Shown here: one piece after another, positions 38,605 through 50,600 of the stretch
How positions within the stretch are numbered: position 1 is the first letter of the stretch
Layout of the letters: each line of letters begins with the position of its first letter
Source of the DNA: Macrostomum lignano
Lineage: Eukaryota
Direction: 5' to 3'
Length of the DNA: 57,005 nt
Assembly (NCBI GenBank): GCA_002269645.1
Contig: NIVC01004169.1
Span: 1-57,005 of the forward strand
The notes under the pieces: generated by a model
Seen by the model: the letters and a program-made list of their open reading frames with translations, nothing else
Told to the model about the DNA's origin: nothing
Database searches by the model: none
Program-made: the position numbers and the translations under genes

Positions 38605-40995
38605 TCATCGATGCGTCAGCAGCAGCTCCCGCTGACGCCGCTTGTCCTTCATTCGCCGGTTCTGGAACCAGATCTTCACCTGCGCCTCGGAGAGGCCCAG
38701 CCCGGCTGCGATCTCCAGGCGGCGCGCCCTGGTGAGGTACCGGCTGAAGTGGAACTCCTTCTCCAGCTCAGTCAGCTGTCTGTTGCTGAAACTCGTCCTG
38801 GACTGCTGCTGCTGCTGCTGCTGATGATGATGATGCAGTCCCAATGCTTTTTCTTCATGCCGTTTCTCAACTTCTAAAAATTGTTTTTAAAAAATCTGGC
38901 AATTCATGACCAAGACAGCTCACTGTGCATCGCATGACCAACACAGCTCACTGTGCATCGCATGACCAACTCAGCTCACTGTGCATCGCATGACCAACAC
39001 AGCTCACTGTGCATCGCATGACCAACACAGCTCACTGTGCATCGCATGACCAACACAGCTCACTGTGCATCGCATGACCAACACAGCTCACTGTGCATCG
39101 CATGACCAACACAGCTCACTGTGCATCGCATGACCAACACAGCTCATTGTGCATCGCATGACAACACAGCTCACTGTGCATCGCATGACCACATGACCAG
39201 GTGAATTCTCTGCATCCGATCGCGAATACTTAAAGCTTAGGCGCCTAAAAATCATAACAGAGTAAAGTGCTCAGTGAACTCCCCAAAGTCGAGAGCTCGT
39301 TTTGGAGAGGCCAGCACGAAAGTCAGGCAACTGGCAGATGGGGGGACGTCCCGCGAGTCTTCCTGAACAGGCGCAACACCGCCTGCCCGCTTGAGGCTCG
39401 GGGTATTGGGCTGTGCATGGCTCGGGACCTAATGAAACGCTCCACAGATGTGTGGGCGGCTGAGCGACTGATGGAGCCAGAGAAGCGGGAGCGAGAGGTG
39501 GGAGGCGGACAGGTGGGTGACAAGTAAAGCCCGAGAAGCATAGGCGATGAACAAAGACTTCCCTAAGTCTCTGTCTCTGGTCTGGCATCAAAAGGTTCTC
39601 GATCTCCGTTTTCTTATATCGCTAGAATGAATTTTCCTCTTTGTGTACTTTTTGAGTGGATGACTCTTTGAATTTTTCTGTTTAGCTACGGAACGATAAA
39701 AGAGTGTCGCACATTCCTCAATGAAATCCAGTCAAGGAAGCCCCAAGCAAAGCCCCGGATCAAACCGACTGAACTCATTAACTGGTCCGTTATGTACAGG
39801 CAGGTGCAAAGGTGCACAGCCAGCACATGGGTAAACTTGCTTTAAATTCGAATCAAGCAGGAGCGAATGGATTTTTACACAGTTGATCCACAAGTTTCTC
39901 AATCTTAATTTGTTTTTCTATTCGCTTGTTTTTCTATTTGTTTGTTTTTCTACTCATTTGTTTTTCTATTTGTTTGTTTTTCTATTCATTTGTTTTCTAT
40001 TCGTTTGATTTTCTATTCGTTTGTTTTTCTATTCATTTGTTTTTCTATTTGTTTGTTTTTCTATTCGTTTGATTTTCTATTTGTTTGTTTTTCTATTTGT
40101 TTGTTTTTCTATTCATTTGTTTTTCTATTTGTTTGTTTTTCTATTTGTTTGTTTTTCTATTTGTTTGTTTTTCTATTCATTTGTTTTTCTATTTGTTTGT
40201 TTTTCTATTCATTTGTTTTTCTATTCGTTTGATTTTCTATTTGTTTGTTTTTCTACTCATTTGTTTTTCTATTTGTTCGTTTTTCTATTCATTTGTTTTT
40301 CTATTCGTTTGATTTTCTATTCGTTTATTTTTCTATTCATTTGTTTTTCTATTTGTTTGTTTTTCTATTCGTTTGATTTTCTATCTGTTTGTTTTTCTAT
40401 TTGTTTTTTTTCTATTTGTTTGTTTTTCTATTCATTTGTTTTTCTATTTGTTTGTTTTTCTATTCATTTGTTTTTCTATTTGTTTGTTTTTCTATTTGTT
40501 TGTTTTTCTATTCATTTGTTTTTCTATTTGTTTGTTTTTCTATTCATTTGATTTTCTATTTGTTTGTTTTTCTATTTGTTTTTTTTCTATTCATTTGTTT
40601 TTCTATTCATTTGTTTTTCTATTCATTTTTTTTTTCTATTCCTCACCATGAGAAGCTGCTGGTCGGCGGACGCTCAGCCACTTGAAGGCCGGCGTGGTGG
40701 CGGCAAATTCCGCTGCTGGCGTTCCTGGAGGTGGCGCATCCCGGACTGCCTCGTCGCCAGAGGCGGCCTTCTGGCCGGGTCGAGCAGCTCGGAAGGCGGC
40801 CTGGACCGGCGGCCGCTTGCAGACGGGGCTGCTGGAGCAGCAAGAGCAGCTGGGCCAGAGCTGCGGATGAGGCTGCAGGTGCTGCAGATGCTGATGCTGG
40901 TAATAATTCTGGGGAAACTGGAAAACCAGAGGCTGAGCTGGGTGACGGCAATGGCTGTCCACAGAATGCATTCCGCCGCTGCTTGCGTTGTTCAT
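38605..40995 (-). CDS. lab: Labial/Hox1 (paralogy group 1) homeobox gene, ~205 aa. Exons 40995-40647 and 38873-38605.
   Basis: Homeodomain [55 protein letters not shown] has the PG1-type [15 protein letters not shown] (Hox2/3 have YLCRPRR). The hexapeptide-like AFKWLSVRR precedes a phase-1 intron (CAT G|GTGAGG...TTTTAG|AA). Confidence 0.88.
38905..39197. repeat. 28-bp minisatellite CATGACCAACACAGCTCACTGTGCATCG, ~10 units, in the Hox1 intron
   Basis: Direct inspection. Confidence 0.95.
39912..40641. repeat. 16-20-bp T-rich minisatellite (TTTGTTTTTCTATT[C/T]) in the Hox1 intron
   Basis: Direct inspection. It explains the F-rich ORFs 39942-40685. Confidence 0.95.
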
Positions 40996-42054
40996 GAAAA
41001 TGGTTCACTTTGTTGCTGGCTGCAGGAACGCATTTTTGGGCTGGCAAAGTTTCGGAAGTCAGCAGGTGAGGATTGGGCAGCGCAGGGGCTCTCGAGCGCG
41101 GCTCATTGGCTGCGTTGGATCGGCGGCGGGCCCAGCTCCCTACAGGCTTCCCTGTCCCTGACTGACCCCTGCATTGCATAATTAAGCATCGTTTGGCTGC
41201 CACAAGGCCGCGTGAATTTCCTCTTGCTCATTCATTTTCCTCTCAAAACTTTTGAAACGATTCGGTAAAATAACCTTTGAGATGGTCCCATGCTGCTCCT
41301 GTAGTTCCTTTTTACGCTTCTTGTAAAGCGTACAAGAAGCGTTTACGTTTCCTTGTTCTTCTCCGTCTTTTTCTCATTTCCTCCTTCCTCTTCTGCTATT
41401 CCTTCTTTCTTCATCCCACTGCCCACTCTCCCTATCTTTACTTCCTTTCTGACCCTGCTCTCCTCTTTCGCTTTCCAAGTTCAGCTGAGAACTTTTTTTC
41501 CACTGCTGGATATTAGTTCGCACGCACCAGTACGAGTATTCATACTGTACATCCAAGTTTAGTTAATCGTCTATGGTCTTTATTTTGAGGGCAGCGGCCA
41601 TTGGAGGAAAGAATAGTGGAATGCTAATCTGAGCCAGTTATGTTTGTTTTGCTCGATCTTCACTTTTAGCATCCCTTGCCCCCGTTCTTTCCTACTCATG
41701 GCTGGTGACTGCCATAGACAAACTCGTTTTGTCTCAGTTTTTGTTTTCTGGCAGCGAGGCGCATGTCAATTTAGTTGAGCTACACAAAAAACTGAAACTC
41801 CCAAAAAGCATATTTTGATGTGAGCTCGTACTATGCTGGGACATACCTTTCAGAGGGGGGCTCAGATTAGCACTCCAATATATTCTTTCCTCCATGGCAG
41901 CGGCCCACAAATATATACTTACAGTATACAGGATACTCGAAGCGACGGACTACGGCTGGCAAGCTCGAATAGTCGGAAGTACCGTCATTCCACATTGCAT
42001 CGTCTTATCGGCCATAAAGCGACATTCACCGTGCGGGTTGGGCTGGCAGCCGGC

Positions 42055-42178
42055 CGAATTCCCTCTGGATTCCCTACCAAATTGCCTATGGATTTCCTGC
42101 CAAATTGCCGATGGATTCCCTGCCAAATTCCCTCGGATTCCCTACCAAATTGCCTATGGATTCCCTACCAAATTCCCA
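42055..42178. repeat. ~23-bp degenerate tandem repeat (CAAATTGCCTATGGATTCCCTAC) x ~5
   Basis: Direct inspection. Confidence 0.8.
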
Positions 42179-42887
42179 AACACGGTTGAACATTAAAGTC
42201 CCGACAAAATGATTCGAATCAGGCGAATAGGGCGAAAGTTTTCTTCCATCCGGGCCAATTATTTTTTTAGCTCTTCATGCTTGCTCTGCAAAACTTCAAA
42301 GCACTGCCGCCTGTCTTTTTATAGCAATCCACTGAACCCTTGTAAAGTTTAGCAACAACTCCGTAAGAAGCCAGTTAGCTACTGCTGCAGTCGTTTTCGG
42401 AGTGTTTGGCAAATACTATAATAGACAAATTGACACAAAGAACCGGCTCTCATTGACTGAAGTCAGTCCTGCAGGAACAGCCGCTCCGTGACACTTCATG
42501 CTTGACAGTCCAGATTGTTTACTCGGATGCGCCTGAATGGCTAAATGAAGCGGCTGCTGTGCCAGCCGTGTTTACGGAAAATCAAGAGAATGCACCCTCC
42601 GCAGCCCCCAAATAACAGTTCAAGAAGCTGACATCCTGATGGTTTTGACATCACAGGAGCCGCGCATTGCTGCATTCGAGGCTTCCCTCGCTTCAACAAA
42701 TTCCACTTTGAAGTTGCTGCCGGAGGCCACCTAATTTGAATTCAGTGCCGCCCACGCGCTGGTGCAAAGCATTATTCCGAGTAATCCGTATACAGCTTAT
42801 TGTTGGCAGCTCTATTCTATGCAGCAGTCAGATCTAGAGATACATGTGGATGTGGAATGAATTTTAGACGATGAGCAAATGTCATAT

Positions 42888-43067
42888 CTCGTACAGCAGT
42901 CCGGCGTCAGCGACGTCTGGCTGACGTTCTTGACGTCTATCGACGTCGGATGACAATAAATATGTGCTTTTTACATTACATATCGACGGACGTTAAAATG
43001 TATCTGCCATTACGTCGGAAACATCAGCAACAAGACGTTGCCGACGTCGGATTGCTGCATGTACGGG
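42888..43067. mobile_element. ~180-bp MITE with C(C/T)CGTAC..AGCA(G/A)TCCG(G/A)CGTC ends and internal GACGT(C/T) motifs (EnSpm/CACTA-like by termini, tentative)
   Basis: Left end CTCGTACAGCAGTCCGGCGTC; reverse complement of right end CCCGTACATGCAGCAATCCGACGTC. Confidence 0.55.
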
Positions 43068-43225
43068 TATACAAGGACCATATACAGTGGTCCTTAAAAT
43101 TAAAACCTCATACAACTTAAAATTGCTAAAGCGAGGATCCATAGTGTATCATAATGCTACTTTTTGCTATATTTCATTTGCAAGTCAAGTCATTTGCAAG
43201 TTGAGTTACCGCAGTCTAAAAAACA

Positions 43226-43762
43226 CCGGTTTTTTTACGTATAAACAAGACAAAAGTAGAGGAACATTATGACTCATTTTTAAGCTGTCATCTAGTGAAT
43301 TTATTAAGGAAATTCGATATTTATACTATTGCAAAGAGAAAAATTTATTGTTAACGAAGACACATATATTATTATTTTGACTTCCATTTTCGTAAGCATT
43401 TTTTTCATTTTTGCTTAAATTGTACGGTCCTGTCTAGTGTTTTTTCTGCCAAAAATGTGGATGCAAGCTTGCATCTCAAGCTTTAAAAATGGATGCAAAT
43501 ATGAAAACAAGGATGCAACTTGCATCGAGGTCTAAATTTAGCGAAAGTATTCAATGAAGATTCAAAAAAGGATTGTAACAATATATTTATGCATGAGCAT
43601 GATGTTTTGTTTGTAACTTTTGCTAAAAAATGACTTGCAGGCATCTTGATCTCAAAAAATGCAGATGCACGAGTTGCATCCAGTGCCAAAAAAATTGAAA
43701 AAATTGGGTGCAAATCCAAATTTCAGGGTGTAAATTACACCCTATTTGCATAAAAAACCCTG
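43226..43762. mobile_element. ~540-bp MITE-like element with C(A/C)GG(G/T)TTTTTTA ends and GATGCAA..TTGCATC palindromic motifs
   Basis: TIR-like 43226-43241 and 43747-43762. Palindromes at ~43460, ~43512 and ~43666. GGGTGTAA-A-TTACACCC at 43726-43742. Confidence 0.5.
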
Positions 43763-43796
43763 GTCCTGTCCAGGCTGTCCTGGCACTGGCACTGGA

Positions 43797-43975
43797 TTAT
43801 ATTATATTAGTATTATATTAGTATATTGCCTGTAGAACTAGGCCCTATTATATTATATTATATATTATATTATATTAATAATAATATTATTATATTATTA
43901 TATATTATTATATATTATTATATTATTATTAGGCCTATATTATATTATATTATATTAGTATTATATTAGTATATT
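43797..43975. repeat. (TATAT/ATT)n microsatellite with a duplicated TATTATATTAGTATATTGCCTGTAGAACT block
   Basis: Direct inspection. Confidence 0.85.
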
Positions 43976-46900
43976 GCCTGTAGAACTGTAAAACTTTATA
44001 TTTAATTTGGTTGTTTGAACTGCATAGCTGCATAGTTGGGTTACAGTCATTTCGGCGAAAAGACACTTTCGCCAATAATGTGACTGGCACCTGCATAATT
44101 ATCTGTACTATAAGTTTAATGTATAGTTGTGAGGGATACCCATGGCCGTTGTGAGTAGGTTTGAGTATGTTTGAGTATTGGTTAAAGAATTTAGCTATCT
44201 CCTTAAATTAATCTTTAGGTTAGGGTTATGTCAAGCATGAGGCACCCACCTTTAAAAGCTTAAAATTATTCAACTTGTTTAGTATGGCTTTGCATGAGGC
44301 ATGAGCTACCTTTTTTAGTAAGCCTATATACAGTAAAAGCTTTTGTAGCTTAGCTTAGCTGCTCATAATTGCTAATTCCCAAATAGAAAGTCCATTTTAT
44401 ACACAATTAGACAGATCCAGCATAGACTTCTTACATAGAGTTAAAAGAAAAAAAACCATATAGTATTATTTAGGTTCATAGTAAATAGGCCTTAGGCTTA
44501 GTGTTGCATTTAGCACAGGTTCAAAAATTGTGCAGGACAGGTTTTGATAGCTAGCCTATTATATTATTAAGCTATAGGCCCTACCTAATATGATATAAAA
44601 GAAGGCATATTAAATTGATCTAGGGTATCCAGTGAGCCTATTTTTAGTGTGTGCAAAAATGAAAAAATTTGAAAAGTGGTCTTCTTTAAATAGCTATAAC
44701 TTTTTTAAATATTTAAGATATGGCTATATACTTAAATTCATTGAAAAATAGACAAATTAAACACTTGTTTTAATTATATGCTTGGGCACAACCTAGGGAT
44801 TTACCTGGCTATTTCTATTGGAGTAACACATACATGTAAGTTGCTATTGGATAGAATAATAGTCATGTGACTATTCTCAGCCAATAGTGACTTACACGTG
44901 TATGTTGCCAATATGTTGCCAAGTGATTCCCAAGGTTACACATGTATATTTAATTATATGTCATTGGTCTTTAATGAAAGTTGCATGAATAGGCTCACTT
45001 TTTCTATATAAGATGTATTTTAAATTTTTTGCATTAATTCTGTTTATGTTAAAATAAGTATTAGGCAAAATTTGTTGTTATCTAACTAATTTTATTATTA
45101 AATAGAACAATAGGTAAATAGATTCTATTTTAGCCTTTTAAGGTAGCCTATAAAAACTAACAATTTTATAGATTTAATTATTTTGAGAATCTATCCAGAA
45201 TTAATAGCATTTCAGTTTATTAGCTTAACAATATTTAATATGACAATTAATATAGTCAGATATAAGAAGATCAGCATTCCTTTTAAGAATTTTAAGAAAG
45301 AACTTATAAGTATAGAGTATATTACTTAACTTAATAATAGGCAATTAAGATACCAAGTCATTTATATAAAAAAGAATTTACATATGCTTGTAGAAAAAAA
45401 TGAAATATTAAAATGATAAGTTATGCATTTCTGATTATAGTAGATCCACGCCTCAAAGGCTACACAATACTCAGTAGCTAGCATAGTCTTGAGCTCTAAA
45501 TTGATGCAGCAAACTATATCTTAAGGTTGCTAAAAATAGTACCCTACTATGCATTCTATCAACTTTGGGAAGGCCCAGAAGTCTCTTAAAATCTTTTTAA
45601 AAAATTAAAAAATAGATGCGTGACACCAATGCAAAATAAAGTAGCTCAAATGCACAGTAAACAAGACAAAAGTATAAAAAAGTGCAATGCAATGCAACAT
45701 TGTTGTAATGTAAAATGTAAAAAATTACAATTTGTAAAATTATGGAGCATGGTAGAAAATAATAGATAGTAACCAATATTTTGAAACATTATAAACATTC
45801 TAAAACTCTATATTCAAAGTCTTAAATGATAACTACATTATTCCTATGGTATTGCACTATAGGAATCTGGCCATGCTTCTAGCATTGTCACTTATCAATT
45901 GCAACATGCTATAAAATGTGATACTACCCTCTATTGTAACATAATATTGCTTGCTTTCTTAAATCTGCACAATATGACACTGAAAAATATTTAATAAGTG
46001 ATAGACAACCATCCACATTGTTTAACTTATTCTATTTGGGAAAGTCACAAGGTTCAAAGTTAGGGCTAGGGCTTTAAGGTGGTTGCAGTATAACCTTAAG
46101 CTTATTGTCTACCACCTGCCTTATAAGAACCAAAGACCATGTAATAAAACCATTTCTTATTGCCTGTCACAATGTCAATAAGTTGCTTGGTACCACCTTC
46201 ACCAAAGTAGGACAGAAATTCTTGGCTTTATCAAACTTTCTTTTGCTTCTGCTTCAAGGCTTAGTAGTCAGCACATAAGGCGCCTAGCATGACCTTGCAA
46301 AGGCTAAGATATTCATGCAATATTTGAATTTAAGTTTATTAGCTCACTCATTACCACAATGTTTTACTCAGTCATGGATATGATTAGCCTTCCAAAACAA
46401 GTATTATTAGTCATAAAGCATAGGCCAGCACTAGTTGATTCAATCTAGTATACAACAGTACAATACAAAAGGGCCTGACCTTCTGTGACTTGAACCAAGT
46501 CAAGGTGAATTTTTGTGGCATTCTCACCAAGCAGTGACCTCATGAAAACATAAAATTGCCACTGAGCAATATGTTTTCCATTTTAAGGCTGAAAAAAACA
46601 TACAATATTATAATTAAATAAGTCTAATAAAAGAACAACTTAATGTAATAAGCAAAAGATATACAAATAGACTTATTGTGACAATAGTCATCTGATAAAA
46701 AATTGTTGCAATTAAATTTTAACAAAAAAGTTATAAGCCAATTGCTAAAACTTTTTGCATTTTAGCATAATAAATAGTTAGCTAATCTGATATTAAAGAT
46801 CATATAAGATATTCTAACTATGTTTGTTATGAATTTGGGTTGGCAATTAAAAGTTATTATATAATGATATAATATTTTGATTGGCTTATATTAGTCTTAG

Positions 46901-47677
46901 GAATTCATTGGTCTAAAAAGCTTAGTATGTAAATGAGAAATATTTGTTCTTAGGGCATGCTTTTCATAATCTCTGTAATTAAGCTAACTTTTGGATAAAG
47001 GGCTTTAAAGGTATCTATAATTAACTTGCCATTCTTTTTTAGGTGTTTAAAAATTGTTATTTATATATCATTTTTATAGCCAAGTACTATATGTACTATA
47101 ATATAAATAACAAAGTCTATATAAATCCTAACTCAACTATATGTTAAATATTTTTTACATTAATAAAGATCAGATGAAAAATATCAATAGTTTAAGAAAA
47201 AGTTTTAAAAGATAAGTTGTATGCTCGTATTTTCTAGTACTGAAAATATTAATAAAGCTATATTGTTTAATTTGTAAATAATAGCTATGGTATCAGACAT
47301 TTTTTTACTATACAATAATACCTAATTAGTATACTATTATTGGAATGTTTGTTAAAATCTCTTTTAGCAAAGATCTAAAAGTCTTTGCAAAGATACTAGG
47401 ATGTAAAATTGAAAAAATGATGAATTCTACAAAAGTAGCTTCTTATAGTAATCATACACTTTTATTTTTATTCTATTCTTTTATTTTCTAACTTTCCATT
47501 CTTTGTAAATGATATTTGAGATAAAACTGGTTATCCAACAATCAAATATTAGCATAGGGCTTATGGAGATATTGTTGTCTTTGTTATTTATAGTACCTTG
47601 TCATAATCAAATAAAAGTGCACATGTGCCCATTATTATCAATAGTTTTGTTTTTCATTTTCCAGCAAGCCATGACTG

Positions 47678-50600
47678 ATGTCTGAAGTTGACACACCAGT
47701 CCTCCTTGAAAATATCTCTGAGCTTGCAAAACTTTTGTCTGAGGTGAGCTTTAGTGTTTATACAATATATTTGCAAATAGATTCAGGTTTTCTAACAAGC
47801 TATGCTATATGAGAGAGGAAAATTGAGCTTTCAAAAGCTTTCTGGCAGGTGAATGCTCGGTCACAATGATTGACTGGCGCAGAATTAATTTTCCATTTCC
47901 CTCTCTCGCCCCTCAAGTCTAACCGAGTAGACGGCTATGTGATCAGCCAGTACCACAAGCTCAGGGAGCTGTTTGGCCGCTATGAGACGGCCCATTCGGT
48001 GGAAAGCCAGTTTCGCGTTGTGAGTTTTTTGAACTATAAAAGCCATTTAATTGAAGAAAAACCAAACTAGCTCTGAATGAAGAATTGAGTTTCAGCCATG
48101 ACTTGTGCCCCTTCCCTCGTGCAGGCCTCGCCAGACACAGCCATCTGCTCCGAGCATAGCGAAGATGAGCTGGCCGCGGATGCCAACACTGTGAGTGGAG
48201 TGCAGCTCGTTTCTGCTATCGTTTTTTTGCTCATTTTTATATCAAAATAATAGATTTTTATATGGATATTTTGTAAGAAAATTGTCATTTGGGAGCTGGT
48301 GAATTCTACAGTGGTTGGCATCCGGCTGAGTCGTACTAAAACTGCCGCTCAAACCCCCCTCCCCCAACTAAACAGTTGCGCATCCTCAACTCTGAGCTGG
48401 AGCAGCGCGACCTGGCAATTCAGAAGCTCACGGCGCAGGTCAAGTCGCTATCGGCTGTCAACGAAAAACTGAACATCGACCTGGAGATGCAGCGGACTGT
48501 CGTGTTCGAGGAGATGAAGAACCTATTCGACAAAATTTCCAAGGTTCTCTAACACTGTTCTGACCGTTGGGATTTCATTTTTTTGTTTTACTGTTGATAG
48601 CAAAAAATATATTCTAAATTGGCTTCAGATTCACAGCGAGCTCGAGGAAGACTCGTGCATCCGCAACGCCACAGCCGCCATGCTGCTCGGACAGGAGACC
48701 ATCGAGCGCCTCGTGCGGGTTGTCTGCGACCTCAACGGCGGCGGCGACAGCAGCGCCATCAGACGGCAGGAGGATCCCGATGCCAGCCTGTCCAGCTTTC
48801 TCGCTATGGTCAAGTCAGATCGGCTTGAATACTGTGCATGCCTGCGCCAACGCTGTAGCCTTTCCTCCGGGCTCTCCGATACCGAGGCGAAAGTTCAGTC
48901 GCTTGTTTCAGACATCCAAGCCTTTGAATTGCATGATTCGCAGCTGGACCATCTGAAGCGATACTTGGAGCTCGACTCAGAGATTCTCAGTCTCAGTCGA
49001 AACTGCCTGCGCGGGGACAGCCGCAACATAGATTGGCGGCCCGGTGGGAAGCTGCATCCGAGCCGTTCCTACCCGGGGATCGGAGATCAGCTGCCGGGCG
49101 TGATCTCCCTCGCTTGCATTGAGCAGTCAGCAGCATTTGCATCTGCCGCTTCTAGCCAGTCAAGTTTGAACAAATCTGCTGCGTCTGAGGTCGCTGAGTT
49201 CCAGCAGAAAGTAGCCTCACTTTCTCGGTCACTGTCAAAGTCGCTCGATGTATTCCTAGAAAGCCAGCGAAGGGTTTCTATTTCTGCCGCTGGTCCAACA
49301 CAGCCTCTTCGACCTAGCAAGAGTGCCGATTGTATTGAAGATTCCGCTGCAGAAGAATTCATAGCCGAAATAAATAGTCGTGGGCAAAAACGTGGCATGT
49401 GTGACCAGGGCACCCAGTGGGAAGCCCCCATGTTCACATACATGGCAAGCTCTCGCGACTACCTTGATAAGGACAGCAGTGTTTCCGGTATTCGAGTCAA
49501 AAATCTTACTCAAGGTGAAGTCAAAATTCAAGAAAATGTAACAAATTTGGATTCTGAAGAGATGTGTATGCATACAGTTGTTTCCGAGTCTGCAGTACCG
49601 TCAGTCGTTTTTAATGTTTCATCAGATCGGCCCCATAAGCTTGAAAAGGGTACAGAATACATGAAAACTACCACAGCTGCAGTTGGTACTTTGACGGACG
49701 AGACTGGTCCACTGCTTACTACTGACATTGCTACAGGACGCGAGCGGACATGTAACGCCGCAGTTGAATTTGTCCCATGTTTTAACAGCGTTGATGTAGC
49801 TACTCTAACCTCTTTAGAACTTTGTGATGCATCTATAGAATGCCAACAAGTCTTTAAACAGGATGCCTCTGTGGACAACATCAGACAGTTTAGCAGCCGC
49901 TACACGTCAACAGACGTTTCTGATACTTCTGACGCATCTACTGAGTTTAACGAAGTTTCAAGTGTCGAAGCATCTGTAACATGTTCTAATCTGCTCATCA
50001 GTGTTGCCGTTTCCACAGAGCATCCGCTAGTATCTGACGCAATTGTTGGAAGCGATATAGAGTTCTCTTGCTGCGAAAAAGCTGTCCAGTCTGTAAAAAA
50101 TGCAAAAGAAGCGAGCATTTCGACGGATGTCCTTCTGATGTCTGACGCAAGTACAGACTGTGAATGCCCTTCTAGAAGAGAAGCTGCTTCTGAATGTACT
50201 ATTCAAGTTAAAAACGCTAGCTGCGGTGCTGAGCGTATTGAAGAAGCTACCAACTGCGATGAAATTGTTGTTCACGATGCAGCCATTGAATGTACGGTCG
50301 TATTGTCAAGTTCATATGTATCCACAGAGACCATTGAGATATCCGATGCTGGTACAAATTGTGAGCCAAAGATTGTGAAAGATGCAGCTATTGACTGTTT
50401 ATTGACAGTAAGAAATGCAGATTTATCCACAGAAGTAATTCGCATGACGGAGACAAGCACCAACACGCCAAATCGTACTTCAACAGGAACTATTACTGAT
50501 TCTTGTTTTAGTGGCTCCATGGACGTAGGCACGGATACACCTTTTGATAATTTCGCTGAAGCCACTCAGTGCGCGGGCGGTGAAGGAGTTAAAGGAAAAG

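Noticed and set aside
39942-40685. Phe-rich ORFs resembling membrane or mitochondrial proteins
   Set aside because: Translations of the T-rich minisatellite in the Hox1 intron.
30200-47600. Hox cluster partners, Hox-associated miRNAs, tRNA, rRNA or snRNA genes
   Set aside because: None recognised by eye; a covariance-model search would be needed to exclude small RNAs.
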